64,000 bases of DNA from an uncultured Thermoplasmata archaeon (GCA_963787465.1 CAWBDD010000021.1:80598-144597), one strand, 5' to 3'. Positions 1-9,935 are shown, numbered from the stretch's first letter. A program made the numbers and translations. The notes: a model not told the origin generated them from the sequence alone.

Positions 1-1
1 G

Positions 2-385
2 AGGACGAAGGACCTCGACATCGTCCTGAGGAAGATCTGCGAGGACACCGAGTCCGCGGGATTGTTCTTCGTCAAGAGGCCCGAAAGGAGAGGCGACGAG
101 ATACTGTTCACGAAGGTCCCGTGCGACCCCGACGGGTACAGGCAGGCGATGGATGACACCGAGAGGCGTTTTCGCTATTGTCATTGCGATGTCGTGCGCG
201 AACTGACAAGGCACGAGGACGCAGACATACCAGAGGTCTTCTGTACCTGCGGAGGCGGATGGTATGTCACGCTGTGGGAAGGGGTCCTCGGGGAGCCCGT
301 CGAGGTCGAACTCGTCGAGTCGGTGCTCCAAGGGGCCGACTGCTGCACCTTCAGGATCAAGCTGCCGAAGAGGCCTCGTACCTGA
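2..385 (+). CDS. Partial (5'-truncated by window edge) hypothetical Cys-rich protein. The frame is open back to base 2. The C-terminal region carries CHC ... CTCGGGW ... CC motifs.
   Basis: The open frame continues upstream of the track's TTG at 62 with no stop. Composition is protein-like and there is no competing real ORF. Confidence 0.4.
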   Translation, partial: RTKDLDIVLRKICEDTESAGLFFVKRPERRGDEILFTKVPCDPDGYRQAMDDTERRFRYCHCDVVRELTRHEDADIPEVFCTCGGGWYVTLWEGVLGEPVEVELVESVLQGADCCTFRIKLPKRPRT

Positions 386-409
386 AGGAACTAATGACGC
401 GGTCTTGCA

Positions 410-877
410 TCACCTGGCAATCACGACGGCGCACTCCGCCTTCTTCGAGACCGCCAACGAGACGCTTCCCATGAGCACGCCCTTCGCGCCCGTCAGTCCC
501 CTGCCACCCATGACGATCAGGTCGGGCCTGTGCTGCGAGACGTGCCTGAGTATCTGCGCTGCGGCATGTCCCTTGAGCATGACCGTGTTCGGCGTGGCGC
601 CCAGGGATATGGCCAGCTTCGCGGCCGAGCCGAGCACCATCTGCCCGTGCTCCTCCCTCGTGCGGTCCCCTGCCTCCGCGATCAGCGTCGGGATCTCCTC
701 GACATCCACCACGTGCAGCAATGTCATCTCCGCCCCGAGCGCGACGGACATCTGCGACGCCAGGACGATGGCCCTGTCGCTCTCCTTCGACCCGTCGACC
801 GCGACGAGCATGCGCCCCACTGCATGGCCCTGGCCTCCCTGCACGGTCATCCCTCCTCCAGCTTCGGGCTGAACCAC
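410..877 (-). CDS. Universal stress protein (UspA family)
   Basis: 155 aa. It has a typical Usp fold signature, including the C-terminal ...VMGGRGLTGAKGVLMGSVSLAVSKKAECAVVIAR ATP-binding motif region. Confidence 0.85.
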   Translation of the reverse strand: MVQPEAGGGMTVQGGQGHAVGRMLVAVDGSKESDRAIVLASQMSVALGAEMTLLHVVDVEEIPTLIAEAGDRTREEHGQMVLGSAAKLAISLGATPNTVMLKGHAAAQILRHVSQHRPDLIVMGGRGLTGAKGVLMGSVSLAVSKKAECAVVIAR

Positions 878-1080
878 TTCTGTGCGATGATGGTCGGCAC
901 GATGGCCGTCAACATGACGGTCATCACCAGTATGGAGAATTGGTCCCTGTCAATAAGTCCGCTGCTGAGGCCGTACTGCGCGGAGATGGTCCCGAAGGTG
1001 AGTCCCGTGCTCATGAGCAGGGTGGTCGAGTCTATCAGGGCCTCACCTCCGGTCGGATGCGGTTGGCGGTGGGGTAGAAG
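848..1080 (-). pseudogene. Remnant C-terminal fragment (~60 aa) of a monovalent cation:proton antiporter (CPA/NhaP-Kef type). It ends directly upstream of uspA.
   Basis: The minus-strand frame reads ...STGLTFGTISAQYGLSSGLIDRDQFSILVMTVMLTAIVPTIIAQKWFSPKLEEG*, which matches the last TM helices of NhaP/Kef antiporters. No N-terminal part is present, because real genes occupy the upstream DNA. Confidence 0.35.
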
Positions 1081-1277
1081 CTATCAGCCCGCATCAGGCG
1101 GTTCAAGGTGAGCCTCATCACCTGCGGAGGGGCTGAAGCCGAGGCAGTTCATAAGCATTGCCGAGCGGAGGGGCAGACCGGTGACGGAGAGCGGCTCGCG
1201 CGCGCTCGGAGTATATCAACCCTGCCGTCGCGCGTGCATCTCAGCGCACCCGTCATGGGAAACTTATATATGCCGAG

Positions 1278-2135
1278 ATGACGAACTCCACCGTAGTCAG
1301 GCGCGCGGCGCGCGCGCTCAATAGGGGACACAATGGGGCTAGGGACCTTGACAGGGCATCTCTCCTCTTCCGTTATGATCATGGGGCGGTCGACCTGATC
1401 GCTTACTACAAGGCATCCACGACCGAGTACGTCATCCTCCACCGGAAGGGCGCGACGAGGAGGAAGGGCAAAGGGCTCGGCTTCTTCTACCTCACCCACG
1501 GGAGCGCCATCGTCTCGGTCCCGCTCAGCGCGATCGAGGCGGACTTCGACCTCTCGGAGACGACGCTCGATTTCCAGACAGTGCACATGAAGGGGAAGGC
1601 CGTCTACTGGATAACCGACCCCATTGCGGCCGCATCCAAGTTCGACTTCGGGGTCAACCCGAGGACGAGAGAATACCTGACCGACGAGCCCGAGAGGCTG
1701 AAGCAGATGGTGGTCAACCTCGTGCACGACTCCATCCGAGCTGACATACAGCGCCTCAAGCTCGAGGACTCCCTCCGCAGGAGGGCTCTGCTCTCGAAGG
1801 CCGCGCTCTCGAGGCTGAAGCAGAGGCCGGAACTTGAGGCCATCGGGGTCGAGGTCGCGAGCGTCTTCATAGGATCCGCCAAACCCGACCCGGAGATCGC
1901 CAAGGCCCTCGAGGCAGGGTACCGCGAGACGCTCCTGGCGAGGGCCGACATGGCGAGGACGAACCGGAGGACATCCACCATCGCGCGACCCGGCGCCGGG
2001 ATCGACCATGCCGGCGAGCTCGATGGGATCGAGTGCAACGACATGTGCCCGTTCGCAGCCGTCTGTGAGGACTACAGGAAGCACGTGCACGGAGGCAAGG
2101 CATGGTGCACCCTCTTCCAAGAGTTCAGCAGGTGA
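1278..2135 (+). CDS. SPFH/band-7-like domain protein with a Cys-rich C-terminal tail
   Basis: 285 aa. The pattern IVSVPLSAIEADFDLSETTLDFQTVHMKGKAVYWITDPIAAASKF resembles an SPFH core. The opposing 323-aa ORF is P/R/G-rich junk. Confidence 0.55.
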   Translation: MTNSTVVRRAARALNRGHNGARDLDRASLLFRYDHGAVDLIAYYKASTTEYVILHRKGATRRKGKGLGFFYLTHGSAIVSVPLSAIEADFDLSETTLDFQTVHMKGKAVYWITDPIAAASKFDFGVNPRTREYLTDEPERLKQMVVNLVHDSIRADIQRLKLEDSLRRRALLSKAALSRLKQRPELEAIGVEVASVFIGSAKPDPEIAKALEAGYRETLLARADMARTNRRTSTIARPGAGIDHAGELDGIECNDMCPFAAVCEDYRKHVHGGKAWCTLFQEFSR

Positions 2136-2204
2136 GCCCCGAGCGCATCATGAGAAATGGGAACCGGGAATGGTTTTCGTGAAAGGGTTTGGAATGGACG
2201 TGCC

Positions 2205-2837
2205 TCACTTCATCATTCTCTTGGCGACATCGACGGCGCCGGATGCGTCGCCGCTGTAACCCTCGGCCCCGATCTCCTTCGCGTAGGTGTCCGTGACCGG
2301 AGCGCCTCCGACGAGGGCCTTGACCTTCTTGTCCTTCCTCTTCATGGGCTCGATGACCTCCTTCATGCGCGGCATGGTGGTGGTCATGAGTGCGCTCATC
2401 GCGACGATGTGCGGCTTGTGCTCGTCGGCCTTCTTGACGAACTCCGCGCTCGGCACGTTGACGCCGAGGTCGATGACCTCGAAGCCGTTCGACGCCAGGA
2501 GGGTCGACACGAGGTTCTTGCCGATCTCGTGTATGTCGTCCTGGACCGTCCCGATGACGACCTTGCCGGCGCTCGCCCTGTGCTGTCCCTTCGGGACAGC
2601 TGGCTCGAGGACCGCGAGGGCCGACTTCATGGCCTCTGCGCCCATGACCAGCTCAGGTAGGAAGATCTCGCCCCTGCCGAACCTCTCGCCGACGGTCTTG
2701 ATCCCCTCGGCAAGGCCCTTCTCGATAGCCACGAGCGGGTCGACGCCGTCCTTCAGCGACTGCTTCGCCAGGTCAGCGATGGTCTCCATCTCGTAGTTCA
2801 TCACAGCTTCCTTAAGCCTCGCGACAGCGTCTGCCAT
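2205..2837 (-). CDS. Methyltransferase cognate corrinoid protein (MtaC/MtbC/MttC family, B12-binding)
   Basis: Cobalamin-binding D-x-H-x-x-G motif (QDDIHEIGKN) and a Rossmann B12-binding domain. The likely start is M at 2835-2837; the longer track ORF (to 3164) is an upstream extension in low-complexity sequence. Confidence 0.85.
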   Translation of the reverse strand: MADAVARLKEAVMNYEMETIADLAKQSLKDGVDPLVAIEKGLAEGIKTVGERFGRGEIFLPELVMGAEAMKSALAVLEPAVPKGQHRASAGKVVIGTVQDDIHEIGKNLVSTLLASNGFEVIDLGVNVPSAEFVKKADEHKPHIVAMSALMTTTMPRMKEVIEPMKRKDKKVKALVGGAPVTDTYAKEIGAEGYSGDASGAVDVAKRMMK

Positions 2838-2903
2838 GGTAGCAACTCCGAAGATCCCTGGGCACACGGCCTGAGGCCTGTCCCCGGACCCGGATGGCAT
2901 TCT

Positions 2904-3925
2904 TTGTATTTGACCCGAACGGATGGGGACTGGCAGGGGCGATTCAGGGCGCCCAGGACCAAACCATTCAAGATGGTGGACGACATCACCCTCGTTGACC
3001 TTAGGGGCATCCGCTGCCCAGAAGGAGACAATCGGATGGACATGGACGGTTTCCACGGGCCTGGTCCTGAAAGGGACTGGAGCGAGGAGTTCTACTTCGA
3101 CTTCTACGACAGGGAGAGGGACGTCTGCGGGCACATGCGCATCGCCATGTGGCCTAACCTCCACGAGAAGGAGTTCCAGTTCTTCCTGCTCATGCCCGAC
3201 GGGTCAGTGATCGGCGGCAGGGACACGGCTCCCGTATGACGGACAGAGGCTCGAGGCGAAGGGACTCGCGTTCACGAGGACCATGCCCCAGAGCGTCTGG
3301 CGCATCACCATGAACTCGAACATGCCAAGGATAGGCGGAAGGCTCGAGAAGCGCAGCCATGTCGAGATGGACCTGACATTCACCGGGCTCAACGAGACGA
3401 TCGCCTCAGAGGAACGCCTACCTGGCCGTCCCGGAGCAGGGATCTCCCACGCGCAGCAGTTCGGAGGCGTGGCGGGCAAGCTCTCTACCGGGGTCGAGGA
3501 GTTCGCGATCGACACGTTGGGGCACAGGGACCATTCATGGGGGACGTGCGACCTCGGGCCGCTCGACATCCAGGTTGACGCTCACATGCCAGTTCTCGAA
3601 GGACCACGCCTTCAGCGTCACCAGGTGCTCGACGGAGGGGGGAGACGCCGATTCTGGCTTCGTCCACGCCTCTGGGGCGAACCGGGCCGTGTCCTCGATG
3701 GCGATGAAGACCAACTCAGGGCCGGACGGGAGTCCCAAGTCCATGGAGGTGGCCGTGACGGACGCATCGGGCGAGGTCCACAAGGCCGTCGCGATGGTCC
3801 TGAAGGTCACGAAGACGCAGATGGCCGGGGCGAGGGACCACACCATCCACAAGATGCTCGTCCGGTGCTCGACCGAGGGAAAGGTCGGCTACGGGATGGC
3901 TGAGTTCTGGGCGATGCCTCCGTAG
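2904..3925 (+). pseudogene. Hypothetical protein broken across three successive reading frames (frame 0 -> 1 -> 2). It looks like a frameshifted gene or pseudogene.
   Basis: Three abutting ORFs (2904-3239, ~3235-3570, 3575-3925) each stop where the next frame opens. Composition is protein-like in each segment and junk beyond each shift. Confidence 0.3.
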
Positions 3926-3979
3926 GATGTTTATCCACGTAACGCAGTTATGCCAGGGCATCATCCGAGGTACCTGCCC

Positions 3980-4783
3980 ATGGCGAGCAAGATCATCGTC
4001 AGGGACATGACGGAGGAGGACATGCCCTTCGTCGGGACCTGCACACACATAGGGGAGTCGCAGGAGATAGACTCGTCCTCCCGCAGGAGGCTCACCTGGC
4101 TCAAGTGGGCCGAGGGGAAGGGGGCCAGGGTGAAGGTCGCCCTGGTCGACGGGCGACACGCTGGCTTCCTCCACCTGATGCCCGTCGAGGTATGCCCGTG
4201 CGGACCCATCGGGCTCGGGATCATGTTCATCCCGTGCCTGTACACCGTGAAGGAGTTCACGAGGAGGGGTGTGGGCCGTGCCCTGGTCCAGGCAGCTGTC
4301 CGTGAGGCCGTCCGTCAGGAGGCCGAGGCCGTCGCAACCATAGCGTACCTCCACGACAACTGGTTCATGCCCGCGGGGTTCTTCAGGGCCTGCGGCCTGT
4401 CGATATGCGACCACGGGGGCAACACTGCACTCATGTGGATGCCGCTCGCCTCGGACGCCATCCCGCCCAGGCTCGTGGAGACCTACTACGAGCACCGCCC
4501 CAGACCGGGCAAGGTCGTCGTGGAGCTCTACTGGAACAGGTTCTGCGAGACCAGCGACATCGAGGCGCAGAGGGTCAGGGAGGTGGCCGCGGAATTCGGA
4601 GGGGTCGTGGTCCTGGAGGAGCACTGCTCCGAGGACATGACCACACACTGCGGCCTCGCCATATGCAGGGCCATATTCGTCAACGGCAGGGAGGTCGGCT
4701 GGGGACACGAGGCGCCGAAGGAGGGGCTCAGGAAGGCGATCACGGAGGCACTCCAGGACATGCGCCGAGGGGGCAGGGAGTAG
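3980..4783 (+). CDS. GNAT family N-acetyltransferase with a C-terminal YoaP-like domain
   Basis: The N-terminal sequence MASKIIVRDMTEEDMPFVGTCTH is a GNAT fold start. The C-terminal half resembles the YoaP-like domain. Start chosen at ATG 3980. Confidence 0.65.
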   Translation: MASKIIVRDMTEEDMPFVGTCTHIGESQEIDSSSRRRLTWLKWAEGKGARVKVALVDGRHAGFLHLMPVEVCPCGPIGLGIMFIPCLYTVKEFTRRGVGRALVQAAVREAVRQEAEAVATIAYLHDNWFMPAGFFRACGLSICDHGGNTALMWMPLASDAIPPRLVETYYEHRPRPGKVVVELYWNRFCETSDIEAQRVREVAAEFGGVVVLEEHCSEDMTTHCGLAICRAIFVNGREVGWGHEAPKEGLRKAITEALQDMRRGGRE

Positions 4784-4785
4784 CG

Positions 4786-5568
4786 ATGGGCGAGACGAAG
4801 GGAGTGGACGCACCTGAGGTCCCGCTCAAGGACGTGCCCACGGAGGCACGCAGGATCGTCGACCGGGCCAGAGGAGCCGGCATCCAGCTGAGGCTCATGG
4901 GCGGCATCGCAGTCAGGTTCCACTGCTCTGACATCTCGTTCTGCGAGAGGCCGTACTCGGACATAGACCTCGTCGGTCTCGGATCGCAGTCGGTCGGGAT
5001 GGTGGGCCTCTTCAAACGGATCGGCTACGTCCCTGACCTCGCGTTCAATGGGCTGCACGGGGCGCAGCGTCTGAAGTTCGAGGACCATCACAACAACAGG
5101 CACGCGGAGGTGTTCCTCGACATGTTCAGGATGGACCACACGTTGGACTTCAGAGGGAGGCTGGAGATACATCCGTACACTGTCTCGCTCACCGACCTCC
5201 TGCTGACCAAGCTCCAGGTGACCAAGCTGGACCTCAAGGACTTCCACGACATGTTCTCCCTTTTCAGGGGACACAAGGTCGGCATCGACGACAGGGAGGG
5301 GGTGTTCAACGCGAGGTACATCGCCCACCTCTGCGCGCAGGACTGGGGGCTCCACCACATCGTGCTGAGGAATCTGGAGAGGATACCTGGGTTCTACGAC
5401 GACTTCGCGCTGGACGACGTGGAGCGCGAGTCCATGGATCGGAGGCTATGGGTCCTGAGGCTCATGATCATCGAGGAACCGAAGGGGCCGCTCTGGAAGG
5501 CCAGGGCGAGCCTCGGGGAGAGGCTCCCGTATCACGAGCAGGTGGAACACGTCACGGGGGACGAGTGA
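4786..5568 (+). CDS. Nucleotidyltransferase-domain protein (Pol-beta-like NTase fold)
   Basis: GG-x-AV...SDIDLVG (G[GS]-x9-13-D-x-D NTase motif). Start is ATG at 4786, immediately after the upstream stop. The 5' part of the track ORF is a shadow frame over the GNAT gene. Confidence 0.55.
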   Translation: MGETKGVDAPEVPLKDVPTEARRIVDRARGAGIQLRLMGGIAVRFHCSDISFCERPYSDIDLVGLGSQSVGMVGLFKRIGYVPDLAFNGLHGAQRLKFEDHHNNRHAEVFLDMFRMDHTLDFRGRLEIHPYTVSLTDLLLTKLQVTKLDLKDFHDMFSLFRGHKVGIDDREGVFNARYIAHLCAQDWGLHHIVLRNLERIPGFYDDFALDDVERESMDRRLWVLRLMIIEEPKGPLWKARASLGERLPYHEQVEHVTGDE

Positions 5569-5580
5569 GTCCCCAGGCGC

Positions 5581-8331
5581 TCAGCCCTTCAGGGATTGGA
5601 TGTTCTCCGTCGCTATCCTGAGGGCCGCCTGATCGTCGGAGACCTCCGCGTGCCTCGCGGCTTCCTCGTACTCCTTCACCGCGCCTTTCTCGTCGCCGCG
5701 CTTCTCGAGGATCGTTCCGAGCATGATGTGGACCGCTGCGAGTCCGCCGTGGTCCCCCAGCCCCCTCAAGACCTCGCCGGCGTCCGCGAGGCTCCCGAGG
5801 GCGGAGTCGAAATCGTCCGAGTCCTCCTGGACCATGGCGAGCTCCATCCTCGCCCTCGCCTTCAGCTGGGCGTCGCCGGTCAGGTCCGCCATCCCCGAGA
5901 GGCGGGTTGCCTGCCTCGTGGCCTCCTTGTAGTCGCCTGACCTGCGCAGCAGGTCCACCAGGGTGAGGACCAGGGCGACATCTCCGCCGTCGAACCGAGG
6001 CGCCTTCTGGAAGAGCCCCTTCCTAGGCCTCAGCTCCGGCCTATCCAGGGCGCGCCTGCAGAGATCGACGCCGTCGGCGGCCCTGCCCTGGGCGCCGAGC
6101 GACTCCGCGCACGCCGCCTGGAGCCGCTTGAATTCGTCGACCTCACCGGCCCTCCTGAACGCCTCGGAGGACTCCCAGAGGAGCGTGGTCATCTCGGTGA
6201 GCTTGAACTGGGCGCGGTAGAGCTCCGCCAGGTTCTCCAGGCCCTTGGCCTCGCCCGCATGGTCCCTGACCGCGTGGGCGAGCTTGACGCTCTCCTTCAG
6301 GTGCAGCTCGGCGTCCCTGAGCCGGCCCTCATCCCAGTCGAGCAGGCCGATGTTGTTAAGGCACGCCGCCTGGGAGGACCTGTTCTCCTCCATGGACGAG
6401 AGGGAGAGGGCGGTCGAGTATGCCTCGCGGGCCTTCACGTAGTCGCCCCGCCTCCTGTGGGCGGCCCCCATGTTAAGCCATTCCCTGGCCTGGCCGTCCC
6501 TGTCCCCAGCCTGCCCGTAGAGCTTGAGCGCCTTCTCGTGGGCGACGAACGACTCCGTCCACTGTTCAACCGTCGACTGCAACTTCGCGAGCGCCTCGAG
6601 GACCTCCGCGCGCACGGGAGCATCGACATCGGAGGCTAGCAGCGCGGCGCTCTCCTCGTAGTCCCTGATGGCCTCCCCGTGCTGCCCAAATCCCTCCTCC
6701 AGCTGCCCCCTGATGAACAGGAGGTCTGCGCGGTCCCTCACGGCCAGGGATTCCTTGGGGATCCGGCGTATGAGCGTCAGGGTCTCCTCTGGGAAGTCGC
6801 CCGCGAGGCCTGTCGCATGCGAGGACGCGACGCGCTTCGCATCTGCCCAGTCGGAGGCCTCCACGAGGTGATACAACGTCTCCAGCATCCACTCGACCCC
6901 CGGGTTGCCCTCGCAGTACGAGGCGGCCCTGATGTGATGCGCGACCTTCGCCTCCTTGGTCATGCGGTTCGAGAAGAACTCCCTGAGCAGGTCGTGAGTG
7001 TAGATCCCGTTCTCCTGCTCGGTCACGAGCGCCTTCTGCCTCAGCTGGGCGACGACGGCGTAGTCGACGCCTGGGATGGCCTCGAGCTTCACCGGGTGGC
7101 GGAAGATGGACAGGAGCTCGAGCACGCTGCGCTCCTCGGTGGAGGCGGCGGAGTAGACCTCGCGCTCGATGAATGAGATAGCGTCGCCCTTCGCCGTCAC
7201 GGCCCCGACCCTGGACATCAGCCTCAGCAGTAGCGGGTGGCCGTGGCTCTGCTCGACGGCCGCGGCCACATCGGCCACCTGGACGCTCTCGGCCATCTGC
7301 CGGGCCGAGACGGCGTCCAGCCCCGACAGCTCGATGGTTAGGTTGCCCGGACTGGAGTTCGAGAAGAAGGGTGGGACCACTCTGGACACTAGCACCACCT
7401 TCGCGGACCCAGAGGCCTTCGCGGCGTCCACGAGGATCGATAGCAGGAGGCTGAGAGGTGGGGCCGCCTTGTGGACATCGTCCACGAAGACGGTCGCCTT
7501 TGAATCGGACAGGTCGGTCACGAACGGGGCGAAGAAATCTGCCGTGGTGTGGCCGCGGCCGACGGCATCCTGTGTCGCCCCTCGCCCCATTAGGGAGAGG
7601 AAGCCGCCGAAGGCCGTGAGGAAGGACGACTCGGTGTCCCACTCCCTCAGGGTGTACCAGAACATGGGCCTCCTGCCGACGCTCTCATCGTACAGCTTCG
7701 ACGCGAGGTAGCTCTTGCCTATGCCAGGTATCCCCCAGAGCAGGACGGCGTCCGCTCCTTCCCTCGAGATGGCCAGGGTCACCTCGTTCCGTTCCGCCCC
7801 CCTGCCGAAGAATGCATCGAGCTTGGGCCTCCCGTGGGCCCTCTGGACGAACTCGGCTGGCATCTCGACCGGTTCGGCGGCCCGCCTCATGGACTCGATC
7901 CTGACGACGTCATTCTCGCGCGCGAGCTCGACGAGGTCGAGGAAACCGATGGAGAGGCCGGTGGAGGATACGGTCCTTCTCAGGGCTTCGTCGAGCGGCA
8001 GGTCCTGCGCGCGCCCACCCTCCTCGACGACGATCCGCCTCTTGCCAAGGTCGGCCTTGATGGACCCAACGGCGCGCCTCCCCTTCTCCGTCAGGAAGTA
8101 CGCCCTCCGCCTCTTCGGCGCCCCGCGCACGTGGGCCAGCCTGTCTGAGACGAGGCCGTCCGCCTGGAGCGACGAGAGGGCCCTCGAGGCGTTGTGCACC
8201 TGAGTACCCAGCCTCTTCGCTATCCCTTCCTGGCAGACGTCCATAGGGACCTCGACGTCATCCCTGCACCGCTCGTTCTCCAGGAGGTGGAGCAGGATCC
8301 GCTCGTTCTGGGACGCGACGATGCGTGCCAT
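5581..8331 (-). CDS. STAND-class NTPase with an N-terminal winged-helix DNA-binding domain and a C-terminal TPR-repeat array (AfsR/SARP-like or Avs-like architecture)
   Basis: 916 aa. An N-terminal wHTH is followed by a P-loop GIPGIGKS (Walker A) NB-ARC-like ATPase. The C-terminal ~400 aa is rich in TPR-type repeats. Confidence 0.75.
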   Translation of the reverse strand: MARIVASQNERILLHLLENERCRDDVEVPMDVCQEGIAKRLGTQVHNASRALSSLQADGLVSDRLAHVRGAPKRRRAYFLTEKGRRAVGSIKADLGKRRIVVEEGGRAQDLPLDEALRRTVSSTGLSIGFLDLVELARENDVVRIESMRRAAEPVEMPAEFVQRAHGRPKLDAFFGRGAERNEVTLAISREGADAVLLWGIPGIGKSYLASKLYDESVGRRPMFWYTLREWDTESSFLTAFGGFLSLMGRGATQDAVGRGHTTADFFAPFVTDLSDSKATVFVDDVHKAAPPLSLLLSILVDAAKASGSAKVVLVSRVVPPFFSNSSPGNLTIELSGLDAVSARQMAESVQVADVAAAVEQSHGHPLLLRLMSRVGAVTAKGDAISFIEREVYSAASTEERSVLELLSIFRHPVKLEAIPGVDYAVVAQLRQKALVTEQENGIYTHDLLREFFSNRMTKEAKVAHHIRAASYCEGNPGVEWMLETLYHLVEASDWADAKRVASSHATGLAGDFPEETLTLIRRIPKESLAVRDRADLLFIRGQLEEGFGQHGEAIRDYEESAALLASDVDAPVRAEVLEALAKLQSTVEQWTESFVAHEKALKLYGQAGDRDGQAREWLNMGAAHRRRGDYVKAREAYSTALSLSSMEENRSSQAACLNNIGLLDWDEGRLRDAELHLKESVKLAHAVRDHAGEAKGLENLAELYRAQFKLTEMTTLLWESSEAFRRAGEVDEFKRLQAACAESLGAQGRAADGVDLCRRALDRPELRPRKGLFQKAPRFDGGDVALVLTLVDLLRRSGDYKEATRQATRLSGMADLTGDAQLKARARMELAMVQEDSDDFDSALGSLADAGEVLRGLGDHGGLAAVHIMLGTILEKRGDEKGAVKEYEEAARHAEVSDDQAALRIATENIQSLKG

Positions 8332-8480
8332 CCGTGCCTCGAAGGAGCCACATGCTTAATACCCCTTTCGGACAGGAATCCAGACGCTGCAAAACCAGTG
8401 CAAAAGACCGGTCAGGGTTCATATACCCTCACGGGGGGTATCGATGTCAGAGAATCCGAAAGAACGGAGGGAAAAGAAGG

Positions 8481-9935
8481 ATGTTCGCAAACGCAAGGAA
8501 GATCTCTCTCGCGATGGCGTCCGTGCTGGTCATGCTGCTAGGGGTGCTGGCGATACCAGCCCCGGCCTCGGCCGCCACCGTGCTGACTGACGAGATCACC
8601 ACATCCGAGGGCACGACCGACATGCTCGGCGGAGGTAGCTACTTCTTCGTCAAGTTCGGTCCGGACGCGCTCTTCGGGATAGTGTGGGGCGACGATCAGA
8701 CCGAGAACAACGTGTACTTCGTGACTGTCAAGGCGAGATACCTTGGCTTCGCGCAGATCTACGACCGCGCCGGCGAGCTCGTCGAGGGCAACCACTCGGT
8801 CAAGATCTACACGATGTACGCCGTGAAGCTTGACAGCATGCTCGAGTTCAACGACGTGAACGACGACGGGGCCCTTGACTATGCCAGGGCGTACGACAAC
8901 GACACCGCCAGGTTCACGGACTACGTCGCGACGGAGCCGCTGTACAAGAAGGTCGACCTCAAGACATCTTGGAGCGACTCGCCGGTCGAGGCCACTGACG
9001 ACGGAGACGTCAAGACCTGGGAGTTCGGGCTGACGGCCTCCAACCTGAGCTACGAGCTCCTGGACGAGGGCGCTGACCAGACTGTCGGTGACGACAAGCT
9101 CAACAACCTGACGCTGACCTTCCACCTGGAGGCATCGGCGATGCAGGTCGACGCCGAGATGCCACAGTACAGGATCACCGTGACAACGGGCCCGAACGGC
9201 AAGATGTGGTTCTACGACGCCCAGAAGCTGGCCAACCTGCAGGTGAACGGCGAGGTCGCCAAGTATGACATGAAGTGGGACCAGACCATCGAGGGCTGGG
9301 ACTACGACTCGAACAACACCGACCCGATGCTCCTCATGGAGATCGGCACCTTGGCGGGGAACTTCTTCCCGATCGCCTGGATGGAGGCTAGGATGCTCCA
9401 GTACATGAACCAGGTGACCGTGATGAACTGCGCATCGGTGGAGGGCAACCTGACCGTCAACGAGACGACTGGCGACCTCGAGAAGCCGAAGCAGCTCATA
9501 CAGACGAAGCTGACCTTCAGCGCCGGCTGGACCTATGTCGGCAACCTGAGCTGGGTCGACGACGTCACTGTCGACGGAGAGCCGGAGCAGGTGAGGGCGC
9601 AGGTCATGTCCGCCCACAGGATATGGGCTGTCGGCGAGGACGGCAGGCTCTTCGCCGGGTTCGTCGCGCTGACCGGGCTAGTGTTCCCGGGCGGCGACCT
9701 GATAGTGCACGACCCGACATATTCCAGCGAGGCGCTGGTGAACATCGGCGAGGAGACCACGCAGCTGCCTAGCCTGATGCTGCTGCTCGCGGCGGGGATC
9801 ATAGTGATCGTCGTCGTCGCGGTCGCGGCGGCGTCTCTCGGCGGCAAGAAGCCCGGGGTCGGAGCGAAGAACAGCTACGAGAAGACCCAGAGCTCGCAGC
9901 CCGGGGCGTGGACCAAGTACTACCAGAAGAAGTGA
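8481..9935 (+). CDS. Cell-surface protein: signal peptide, large extracellular domain and a C-terminal TM anchor with a basic KYYQKK tail
   Basis: N-terminal MFANARKISLAMASVLVMLLGVLAIPAPASAAT signal. C-terminal hydrophobic helix plus ...TKYYQKK. A TATA-like TTCATATA lies ~60 nt upstream. Confidence 0.65.
   Translation: MFANARKISLAMASVLVMLLGVLAIPAPASAATVLTDEITTSEGTTDMLGGGSYFFVKFGPDALFGIVWGDDQTENNVYFVTVKARYLGFAQIYDRAGELVEGNHSVKIYTMYAVKLDSMLEFNDVNDDGALDYARAYDNDTARFTDYVATEPLYKKVDLKTSWSDSPVEATDDGDVKTWEFGLTASNLSYELLDEGADQTVGDDKLNNLTLTFHLEASAMQVDAEMPQYRITVTTGPNGKMWFYDAQKLANLQVNGEVAKYDMKWDQTIEGWDYDSNNTDPMLLMEIGTLAGNFFPIAWMEARMLQYMNQVTVMNCASVEGNLTVNETTGDLEKPKQLIQTKLTFSAGWTYVGNLSWVDDVTVDGEPEQVRAQVMSAHRIWAVGEDGRLFAGFVALTGLVFPGGDLIVHDPTYSSEALVNIGEETTQLPSLMLLLAAGIIVIVVVAVAAASLGGKKPGVGAKNSYEKTQSSQPGAWTKYYQKK

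Noticed and set aside
1149-2120. 323-aa minus-strand ORF
   Set aside because: It is antisense to the SPFH-like gene. Its proline/arginine/glycine-rich composition is typical of shadow ORFs in high-GC DNA.
4786-5568. GNAT and NTase-domain gene pair considered as a possible toxin-antitoxin module
   Set aside because: Neither partner has the expected cognate (no RHH/HEPN-like small partner), and both are full-size enzymes.
6566-7642. 358-aa minus-strand ORF and several plus-strand ORFs inside 5581-8331
   Set aside because: These are alternative frames of the STAND NTPase gene and are extremely Arg/Gly/Pro-rich.
8538-9617. 359-aa minus-strand ORF
   Set aside because: It is antisense to the surface-protein gene and is a junk-composition frame.
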